The notes under the pieces: model-generated
The model's database searches: none
What the model saw: the letters and a program-made list of their open reading frames with translations, nothing else
Told to the model about the DNA's origin: nothing
Translations under genes and position numbers: made by a program
DNA from: Candidatus Micrarchaeota archaeon CG10_big_fil_rev_8_21_14_0_10_45_29
Lineage (GTDB): Archaea; Micrarchaeota; Micrarchaeia; Anstonellales; Anstonellaceae
Direction: 5' to 3'
DNA length: 64,000 nt
NCBI GenBank assembly: GCA_002778455.1
Contig: PFCD01000002.1
Coordinates: 19,203 to 83,202, forward strand
Shown here: positions 57,151-64,000 of the stretch, in pieces
Layout: each line of letters starts with the position of its first letter
How positions within the stretch are numbered: position 1 is the first letter of the stretch

Positions 57151-57501
57151 TTAAAGCTCAAAATGCATCTGAATGGTCTCCCTTCCGGCTAAATCCGCAA
57201 TATAGGTATAAAAGCCCTTTTTCTTGTACCAAGAGATTACTTTCTCCTTATTGTATGCATGCGCAAGCAAATATGTGCAGCCTATTTCTGCCCTTATGCT
57301 TATCGCCTTCTTGACGGCAAAATCCAGCAATATGCTTGCAGCCCCTCTCCCCTCTTCGTTTTTGTCTGTAGCAAGTTTTCCTATAAGAAGAGCAGGGAAT
57401 GATTTCGGAAAGTCCTTGGGGTAATCCTTGAGCTTTTTATTGCAGAAAACAAATTCTTCGCTTTTCTCCGGCAACTTCATGGCGCCCATGCTTAGAGCCA
57501 T
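57151..57501 (-). CDS. GNAT N-acetyltransferase, toxin-like; ATG-initiated part only
   Basis: Acetyl-CoA motif EEGRGAASILLDFAV. The same frame stays open 83 codons further upstream (to 57750) and encodes the expected GNAT N-terminus (ISILREEHSPLLEKFDCENAELNEFLQKDALGY...). That stretch has no ATG/GTG/TTG start. Confidence 0.65.
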   Translation of the reverse strand: MALSMGAMKLPEKSEEFVFCNKKLKDYPKDFPKSFPALLIGKLATDKNEEGRGAASILLDFAVKKAISIRAEIGCTYLLAHAYNKEKVISWYKKKGFYTYIADLAGRETIQMHFEL

Positions 57502-57707
57502 ATATGAGAGAATCTTCCCCGTTTGCCGGCTTATAAGTAGATAGGTGACACCCAGGTGGAGCGTTTGGTACCCTAAGGCATCCTTTTGGAGAAACTCGTT
57601 AAGCTCCGCATTTTCACAATCAAATTTCTCAAGCAGGGGACTATGTTCTTCTCGCAGAATTGAAATAAAAGTAGAAATAGGGCTGTATCCGGCACCCAGA
57701 AAAACAC

Positions 57708-57845
57708 CTATCTTATCTCGATATTGAGCTTTCTTGCCCTTCGCATAGTTTCATCCCTTGCCGGATTTTTCCTGCCTATACTGGCCAAAAAGCGCTTTGC
57801 CTCTTCAACTGTTAATTCGACCACATAGTCAATTGCCTTTGCCAT
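57708..57845 (-). CDS. Small ORF (45 aa) in the antitoxin position upstream of the GNAT gene
   Basis: MAKAIDYVVELTVEEAKRFLASIGRKNPARDETMRRARKLNIEIR. It overlaps the open GNAT frame. Not listed in the ORF track because it is under 60 aa. Confidence 0.4.
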   Translation of the reverse strand: MAKAIDYVVELTVEEAKRFLASIGRKNPARDETMRRARKLNIEIR

Positions 57846-57960
57846 ATCTATAACCACTATAGAGATATCTAATATAAATCTACTCATTTAGAATATAAAA
57901 AACCAGCATATTTCTAATTTCGCCAGCCAAACGTCCCCACGATTAAAATTATCCATCTTA

Positions 57961-58197
57961 TCACTCTAAGTATTTGTTCCAGGCTTTGCTCTCTTTTGGA
58001 TCATTCCAGTAATCAAGATTGGAGTTTTCCATGGCAAAACGGCTAATCTCCTCGTTTTCTGCTATTTTCTTTCTCTCCTTCTCGTCAAAGTCCCTCAATG
58101 CCATGCGCAGAATTTCCACTTTTGAACCCCCGTATCCTTTTTTGACATATTTTTGTATAAGCTCCTCGTAATAGTTGCCCAAATTAAAGTTAACCAT
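57961..58197 (-). CDS. Ribbon-helix-helix (CopG-like) protein, orphan antitoxin/regulator
   Basis: MVNFNLGNYYEELIQKYVKKGYGGSKVEILRMALRDF fits beta-strand, helix, helix. No partner gene lies in the 115 nt downstream. Confidence 0.55.
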   Translation of the reverse strand: MVNFNLGNYYEELIQKYVKKGYGGSKVEILRMALRDFDEKERKKIAENEEISRFAMENSNLDYWNDPKESKAWNKYLE

Positions 58198-58431
58198 GTT
58201 AAAGCACCAATTGTATATGTGCAATAAATGCTTAATAAATGTATCTTTAATATACATAGAAGCACCCAAAATGGCGGAAAAAGGGAGATACAAGCCTTAA
58301 GCAACAATCCATAAGGAAATATCGAAAATCTCTAATCCAAATCCCCTCACATCAAGTTTGCCCCATGTATGGGCGGGAAGGCTTGCGCCCTCCCCTCTCC
58401 CCTTAACCGCCATCCTGCCTGCAGGCAAGCG

Positions 58432-58842
58432 TTAATCCTTCAGATTCACCTTCCAATTCCATGAGGAGAGAAAAGAATCCATGCGCACCTTTTTCTTCTC
58501 AAGGGCGGTTATTTTGGCAAGAAGCTCCTTTTGGGGCACTTGGAAAATCCTGCGCTTTTCATCCCTAAAGCCCCAGCTTTTTTCCTTGTAATCCGCGCGC
58601 AATTTCTCAAGGGAGGAGAGTTCGGAGCGCATATCTCCCACATAGTGTATTGCCTCTGCCATGCCCATCTTCCCCTCCGGAGTGTCTATAAAATTTGAGT
58701 GGTTTGCCTCCTCCACCTTTATTTTGAGCTTTCGTATCTCTTTTGAGAGGGCGCCTATTTGGGAGGTTAGGCCTTCAAACTTCTCGTCGGCGGCAAAATC
58801 CCGCCCCTCCTCGCATGAAAAAGAGCTCTCGCGGGCCTCCAT
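58432..58842 (-). CDS. Coiled-coil hypothetical protein (136 aa)
   Basis: Heptad-rich sequence. GC content is like the core genome. Confidence 0.45.
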   Translation of the reverse strand: MEARESSFSCEEGRDFAADEKFEGLTSQIGALSKEIRKLKIKVEEANHSNFIDTPEGKMGMAEAIHYVGDMRSELSSLEKLRADYKEKSWGFRDEKRRIFQVPQKELLAKITALEKKKVRMDSFLSSWNWKVNLKD

Positions 58843-58974
58843 AAGGCGGGAGAGCTTTGGACTTTTTGCTCTTTAGCTCAAGCAAAGCCTCGCCCAGATT
58901 CATAAAATCACCCGCTAAAAATGGCGAAGGCGCGCATTAAGGGTGTTTGCAAAGGGGAGTTTTCCGCTTATTTT

Positions 58975-59712
58975 TTATCCCAGAGTCCAGCCGCCATCCA
59001 CAACTAAAATTTGCCCTGTAATGTATTCCGCCTTGTCCGAGCACAAAAACGTTGCCACTGTGGCTATATCTTTGGGCGTTCCGCGCCTTTTCCAGGGTAT
59101 TCTTGCGGCAATCTGCTCCCTTGCTTTTGCATCCATGGAACCCTTTGTTCCAGGCGTATCTATGCCTCCGGGCGCAATTGCGTTTATGTTAATTTTTTTA
59201 GATGCAAGCTCTAAAGCCGCAGAGCGCACAAGCGCATTCATTCCCCCCTTTGAGGCGCAGTAATGGGAGAGGCCTGAAAAGCCAATCATTGAGGCAATAG
59301 AGCTAATCATCAAGATTTTTGAGCCGGGCTTCATTATTTTAGATGCTTCCTTTATGGCAAAGAAACTGCCCTTCAAATTAGTATCAAGGACCAAATCCCA
59401 GTCTTTTTCCTCTATTTGGCTTATGGATTTGAAGGGGTAAATGCCTGCATTATTTACAAAAATATCTATTTTTTTGAATTTGTTTTTTGTTGTTTTTATG
59501 AGATTTCTTATTTGATTTGTATCTGAAACATCACAGGCAATTCCAAGCGTTTTTACCTTGTATTTTGAGGCGATTTTTTTGGCTGTTTTTTCGCAGTCTT
59601 TCTGGTTTAGGGAGGCAATAATTACTGTTGCTTTTTCTTTTGCAAACTCTTCTGCTATCCCAAGCCCTATTCCCTTTGTAGAGCCGGTTATTATTGCTAC
59701 TTTATTTTTCAT
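58975..59712 (-). CDS. Short-chain dehydrogenase/reductase (FabG-like)
   Basis: TGSTKGIG cofactor motif, NNAG and catalytic YCASK. 245 aa. Confidence 0.92.
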   Translation of the reverse strand: MKNKVAIITGSTKGIGLGIAEEFAKEKATVIIASLNQKDCEKTAKKIASKYKVKTLGIACDVSDTNQIRNLIKTTKNKFKKIDIFVNNAGIYPFKSISQIEEKDWDLVLDTNLKGSFFAIKEASKIMKPGSKILMISSIASMIGFSGLSHYCASKGGMNALVRSAALELASKKININAIAPGGIDTPGTKGSMDAKAREQIAARIPWKRRGTPKDIATVATFLCSDKAEYITGQILVVDGGWTLG

Positions 59713-59742
59713 TGAAAAAGAGAGGGGGAGGGAGTTTAAAAG
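59623..59742. repeat. Direct repeat A (120 bp): SDR promoter-proximal region plus codons 1-30
   Basis: 114/120 identical to 61878-61997 by hand alignment. Confidence 0.95.
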
Positions 59743-59826
59743 AAAGAGGGGTTAGCTTGTTGGTTTCAGTTTTACTTTGCCAAAGCCAGATACCATGGAG
59801 AGAGAAGAGAGATAAATGACAAAAAA

Positions 59827-60972
59827 CTATTTCTTTGCCTCAAGCCCCTTCACGAAACCAATCAGTTTTTCATGAAGAGTTATCAACAGACTTTTATCAT
59901 AAAATGGTTTATTGGATTTCTCAAGGAGAAGATTAATTTCCTTGTAAGTTTCCCAGAACTGCATCTCCTTGAGTGTAGCTTTATTATCCTCCGCACTTCG
60001 GATAAAAAATTTGTAAGTTATATCCACATTGCTATTGCTTAGGCGAGCAGACACCAAAGTGCGTATGCGTATGGCTTCTGAGAGAAGTTCAGACAAATCA
60101 GCCTTTGGGCTTTTATTTGAATGATAATTTGTTATAGCTTTTTCTAGAGTAGCCAAATCCTGTTGGGATGGGTTTATCGGCTTCTCCGCAATCTTTGCAA
60201 AGAACATTCTCAGAGGTTCAGTCGGCTCTTTTTCAGGGATGTTTGTTAATTGTCGGTAGTTAATATAAGGGTCAAATTCTTTTTCATTTTCTAGTGCCAT
60301 CGTGTGAATGGGAGAACCTAAACAATCAGCATATCCAATCTCATAATGGCAGTAAGTACTTTTTAGTTGGTAGTTTTTTGAGGCGACGACAATGATACTC
60401 TTGGAATTTCGTATGGAATCCTTTATTCCGGGGTGCCATTCCTTCCCGTGTTTAAGATCCTTGTGGGCTATGAATGCAATGTAATCAGCACGCTCTAGAA
60501 TTTGTTCAACTGCTTTGGCAATATCATAATCGTAGCTTGAATGACAGATGAAAAAATCCACCCCCTTAGTGCTATTTTTAGGAATGTCAATTCTAGAGTC
60601 TATTAACCGTGTAAGATTTTCGGGAGTTAGAACGTCACCATCTTTCAAAACAGTCCTTCTAGTTCTAATCCGCGATATTAAAGCTGGAGAATGAAGGCGA
60701 ATTGTGTCCAATAACCTAGATACAGTTCCATTCTTTACAAAAATTCCATAAGAGATTGAATCTTTTATTGAAGTCAATCCAGCGATGCTGTCCTTTAATT
60801 CAGATACGGCCGCATGATCCCACGAAGGATCCACAATCTCTAATAGCCCCTTTATCTGTGAACATATATCTACACATTTTCCCTTAAACTTATCAAAGGA
60901 ATATGTCGTATAAGCAGGGATATAACTAAGATCAGCTTCGAGGTTATTCAGTTCAGAATCGCTCAACGCCAT
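59827..60972 (-). CDS. TIR-domain protein with unassigned N- and C-terminal domains (381 aa)
   Basis: Central region VDFFICHSSYDYDIAKAVEQIL...GKEW...IRNSKSIIVVASKNYQLKSTYCHYEIG matches the TIR pattern (D-F-F-I-S/C-H, ...ivV.S.n...S.w...E). Confidence 0.8.
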   Translation of the reverse strand: MALSDSELNNLEADLSYIPAYTTYSFDKFKGKCVDICSQIKGLLEIVDPSWDHAAVSELKDSIAGLTSIKDSISYGIFVKNGTVSRLLDTIRLHSPALISRIRTRRTVLKDGDVLTPENLTRLIDSRIDIPKNSTKGVDFFICHSSYDYDIAKAVEQILERADYIAFIAHKDLKHGKEWHPGIKDSIRNSKSIIVVASKNYQLKSTYCHYEIGYADCLGSPIHTMALENEKEFDPYINYRQLTNIPEKEPTEPLRMFFAKIAEKPINPSQQDLATLEKAITNYHSNKSPKADLSELLSEAIRIRTLVSARLSNSNVDITYKFFIRSAEDNKATLKEMQFWETYKEINLLLEKSNKPFYDKSLLITLHEKLIGFVKGLEAKK

Positions 60973-61172
60973 GTTAGTTCCCCTGATGCTTTCTCTAGTC
61001 GAGAGTACATAAAAAACTACGCTAGGCTATCTCACTGCCTTAAACTCCAATTTTTTCCCTATTTTGAGTGTGCAGACAAGCTCCACGGATTCAAAATTTT
61101 TCCCAAAAACTTCAATTTCAAGCAAGTTTAGATAATGTTTTACCAGACATTGTCGTTGGTCTCTAAAAGTAC

Positions 61173-61664
61173 TTATCTAATGGCATTTCTAAGATCAACC
61201 AGTTCACTCCTTATTTCCTTATTTATACGAATATCCTGCTTATGTTTACGTTCCAGGTCTGACAAATATTTCTCGTTGGACTTTATGATATTACGTATAA
61301 ATCTATTTATGTGATACGAACTTGGAACTCTGGAGTTCCTTTTGTTCCCCGTAGGTTTATGCAAAGATAATACAAGCGCCTCGAGATCCTTGACATATTT
61401 TACTTTTTTTATTATGATCAATTTGAATCTATCCCATTTTTTTGCATGTCTATCTTTTATGTGGTCTTTAACCCGTTTATGTAGATTATTTGCCAAACCA
61501 ACATAATAAAGCTCATCGTCTTTGTATAATCCATATATCCCTGAATATTTTCTAAGAAGAGTCTTGATCTCATCTTTCAACCAGAAATTTTCTAGAATGT
61601 CACCTGGAAGTGGCTTTGAAATCTCTTTTACCAGAGAACCGCGGCTACTTTTCTTTTTAGGCAT
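61173..61664 (-). CDS. GIY-YIG nuclease-domain protein (163 aa)
   Basis: SGIYGLYKDDELYYVGLANNLHKRVKDH plus a downstream Glu (DLEALVL) fit the GIY-YIG core. Helical charged C-terminus. Confidence 0.75.
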   Translation of the reverse strand: MPKKKSSRGSLVKEISKPLPGDILENFWLKDEIKTLLRKYSGIYGLYKDDELYYVGLANNLHKRVKDHIKDRHAKKWDRFKLIIIKKVKYVKDLEALVLSLHKPTGNKRNSRVPSSYHINRFIRNIIKSNEKYLSDLERKHKQDIRINKEIRSELVDLRNAIR

Positions 61665-61826
61665 ACTCAGCTACAATAGCCACAGCGTAAGGAATATTTT
61701 TATGACTTACCATATAGCCACTGGATTCATGACAGCTATTTTTATAGGAACCCGCATAAAAGAGTAGCATGGAGCAGCGACTTATTAATGGATACCTAGC
61801 AGGCATTGGCAGTATCACTGCCACCA

Positions 61827-61967
61827 TTATGCTTGGCATATACACACTAAATAATCTTTGGGCGTACCAACCCAGACTACTGCTGCTTTTTCTTTTGCAA
61901 ACTCTTCTGCTATCCCAAGCCCAATTCCCTTTGTGGAGCCGGTTATAATTGTTACTTTATTTTTCAT
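61827..61967 (-). pseudogene. Truncated SDR 5' fragment (46 codons)
   Basis: MKNKVTIITGSTKGIGLGIAEEFAKEKAAVV then divergence and a stop. The first 30 codons lie inside direct repeat B. Confidence 0.8.
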
Positions 61968-61997
61968 TGAAAAAGACAGGGGGAGGGAGTTTAAAAG
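61878..61997. repeat. Direct repeat B (120 bp)
   Basis: 114/120 identical to 59623-59742. Confidence 0.95.
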
Positions 61998-62106
61998 GGT
62001 TTAATATTGGGCGTGAGAAATGTACTAGGTCACATGAGAATTTTTATATGCTACTGGGTTGGCACCTCTAGGTAGGAATTTAAAGTAATGGAGTTAAATA
62101 AGACCG

Positions 62107-64000
62107 ATGGATTTTATCACCCTTGGAAAAGAGAAAAAGAAAATACCGGTGGCTATCAGCTACGGGATAATATCACTTTTTTCAAAAGGTCTATACAAAA
62201 GTGGTAACAAGGCAATCGAGGAACTCGTTACAAATTCGTTTGATGCGATGGCCAGTAATGTATATGTTGAGTTTCCGGATGACCATACTGACAAAGACGC
62301 AAAAATAGTTGTGATAGATGATGGAGAAGGCATGGATGATTCTGGATTTGAAAACCTTTGGAAAGTTGGAAAGAGTTATAAGCGAGAACATGAGATAGCT
62401 GGAAGAAGAAAATCCATAGGGAAATTTGGAATAGGAAAGCTGGCAACATACATACTAGCATCTAAATTGACTCACATCTCCAAGAGAGATGGAAAATTTT
62501 TAGCAACCACAATGGATTATGAAGATATCGATAAAGAGGGAGATGGAGAGATTAGGACCAAAGAGAGAAAAATAAGCATGCGTGAGCTAAGCCGAGAAGA
62601 GGTTGAAAAGGTAATACAGCAGCTTCCTGAATTCCCTCCAGGAGATCGTACAACATATAATGATAAACTTTTGGGGGTAAGGGCGTCTAAAACCTGGACT
62701 ATTGCTATTATGTCCAAACTAAAAGATCTGGCTCGAGGAGTTCAACGAGGGAGATTAAGATGGATCCTAGAAACTGCCATGCCACTCAGAGACGATTTCA
62801 ATATTTTTCTGAATAGGGAAAAGCTGAAGCCATCTAAGATCAAGTTTGAGAAATACGGTAAGTGGGTTCTCGGAAAAGATATCAAGGCAAAGGAACTTGG
62901 ACCGACCGCTTCAGATAAATGGGAAGCTCTTAAAGATGGAAAAAAGAACTATTTTTTGACACATCCTGAACTAGGAAAAATCTGGGGCTATGCTGAGCTA
63001 TACAAAGATATCTTGGAAGGTGGAAAATCTGACACGACTGGAAGAAGCAATGGATTTTTTGTCTATGTGAGAGAAAGACTTGTGAATATAGAAGATCCGT
63101 ATTTTGGTCTGGACAGTAACAAGCTCTGGCACGGGACATTCTCAAGGTTCAGATTAGTGATTCATATTGATTCACTCGATGAGGAACTGCGCTCGAGCAG
63201 GGAGGTCGTGCAAGAAGGAGTACTAATGAATACAACAAATAATCTACTTTATTCAGTATTTAACTTCTTGGACAAAGAATACAAAAAAAAGAAAAAACAA
63301 GATGATCCTGATCGCAAGACGACTGCACGAGTTGAAGGAGTTGCTAGAAGCCTCACTCGGAGACCAATTCTATATGCCTTGAGGAGATCCATCGAGGAGG
63401 ATATTTCCTTAAAATATATGAAATTTGGAGAGATATCGAAAAGCAAAGATAAAAAACAAGCACTCGAGTTTCTAAGTTCTAAGACAAAGGAGGGAGAGTT
63501 TTTCAAAGAGTTTTCAGTAGAACCTACTGGGGACCAGTACGTGTTGACCTTTGATATCGAAACTGGAAGGGTGGTAATCAACAGCTTGCACCCATATATA
63601 TGTCTCTTGATGGGGGATTATAATCTCAATCCGGCTCAGTTGCAATTATTTGCAGTGTCTGAAATATTGCTTGAGGCTTATTTGTATGAGGCAGGCATAG
63701 CATATTCACAGATTATGGATATTCTTGAGACGAGAGATGAGATATTCCGGGAACTAGCCAGAACGTCAAGCAGAAAATCGGCTTATGCCATTGCACAGAA
63801 TCTCTGTGATTCCGCGAACGATGAGAAGAAACTGGAACAGGCACTGGTCGAATGTTTCGAATCCTTAGGTTTCTATGACGTTGCACCCATATCTGGAAAG
63901 GGGGAACCAGATGGAATTGCCAGCGCAAGATTACCTTACAGTGATGGAAAGCATCAGTCATACAAGGCTACGCTGGAAGCAAAGAGTAAACAAAAACCCG
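62107..64000 (+). CDS. GHKL (Hsp90/MORC-like) ATPase fused to a PD-(D/E)xK (Mrr-like) nuclease region; 3' end outside window
   Basis: Not in the ORF track because there is no stop in the window. Hand translation from the ATG at 62107 is open to nt 64000 (631 codons). It has N-box EELVTNSFDA, G1 DDGEGMD and G2 GKFGIGKL. Near the end, ECFESLGFYDV..GKGEPDGIA...(x19)...LEAKSK fits D...ExK. Confidence 0.8.
   Translation, partial: MDFITLGKEKKKIPVAISYGIISLFSKGLYKSGNKAIEELVTNSFDAMASNVYVEFPDDHTDKDAKIVVIDDGEGMDDSGFENLWKVGKSYKREHEIAGRRKSIGKFGIGKLATYILASKLTHISKRDGKFLATTMDYEDIDKEGDGEIRTKERKISMRELSREEVEKVIQQLPEFPPGDRTTYNDKLLGVRASKTWTIAIMSKLKDLARGVQRGRLRWILETAMPLRDDFNIFLNREKLKPSKIKFEKYGKWVLGKDIKAKELGPTASDKWEALKDGKKNYFLTHPELGKIWGYAELYKDILEGGKSDTTGRSNGFFVYVRERLVNIEDPYFGLDSNKLWHGTFSRFRLVIHIDSLDEELRSSREVVQEGVLMNTTNNLLYSVFNFLDKEYKKKKKQDDPDRKTTARVEGVARSLTRRPILYALRRSIEEDISLKYMKFGEISKSKDKKQALEFLSSKTKEGEFFKEFSVEPTGDQYVLTFDIETGRVVINSLHPYICLLMGDYNLNPAQLQLFAVSEILLEAYLYEAGIAYSQIMDILETRDEIFRELARTSSRKSAYAIAQNLCDSANDEKKLEQALVECFESLGFYDVAPISGKGEPDGIASARLPYSDGKHQSYKATLEAKSKQKP

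Larger units (their letters stand above)
59743..61877. mobile_element. Putative inserted low-GC cassette (TIR plus GIY-YIG genes) between the direct repeats
   Basis: Bounded by 120-bp direct repeats and more AT-rich than the flanks. It carries no integrase. Mobility is inferred, not shown. Confidence 0.45.

Noticed and set aside
54414-58300. Classical integron cassette array
   Set aside because: There is no integron integrase in the window and gene orientation is mixed. The conserved post-stop motif lacks the GTTRRRY/RYYYAAC core pair. It is kept only as a weak alternative under the motif finding.
58775-58903. 42-aa ORF (MNLGEALLELK...) overlapping the start of 58432..58842, possible frameshifted N-terminus
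   Set aside because: There is no homology anchor to show that the two frames belong together. The downstream ORF has its own ATG. The evidence is insufficient.
61657-61845. 62-aa ORF between the GIY-YIG gene and repeat B
   Set aside because: It overlaps the GIY-YIG start and shows no convincing similarity to the SDR or to any motif. It probably lies in non-coding remnant sequence.

Overview
This is an archaeal chromosomal segment. The evidence is aEF-2, aIF2-beta/gamma, aIF1A, ribosomal protein S6e, MCM, Taw1, aCPSF-type beta-CASP RNase, deoxyhypusine synthase and a tRNA with a bulge-helix-bulge intron. Roughly 1-52.9 kb is densely packed housekeeping DNA. It holds a bacterial-type wHTH-grpE-dnaK-hsp20-dnaJ-methyltransferase heat-shock locus, pdxS/pdxT, ADP-forming acetyl-CoA synthetase, secF/secD, a purine block (PurS-PurS-PurL fusion, purQ, purF), a non-oxidative pentose-phosphate operon (rpe, split tkt, tal) and a translation-factor/Rio kinase cluster. 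Two large secreted/surface proteins and several ORFans are interspersed. From about 52.9 kb to the end the character changes. A more AT-rich accessory stretch (52.9-58.3 kb) holds ORFans, a degenerate GNAT toxin module, an orphan RHH gene, a conserved post-stop motif and TATTAG/CTAATA palindromes. It is followed by a short core-like islet (coiled-coil gene plus SDR). The window ends with the most interesting locus. This is a 2.1-kb low-GC cassette encoding a TIR-domain protein and a small GIY-YIG nuclease. It is bracketed by 120-bp direct repeats that duplicate the 5' end of the SDR gene, and it sits next to a GHKL-ATPase/PD-(D/E)xK nuclease fusion that runs off the window. I regard this as a candidate mobile archaeal defence island with no recognisable known partner architecture. 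A second notable item is a 119-nt very GC-rich three-helix RNA candidate directly upstream of the intron-containing tRNA. No CRISPR array, rRNA operon, integrase or transposase was seen. All calls rest on motif reading by eye, and no database search was run.
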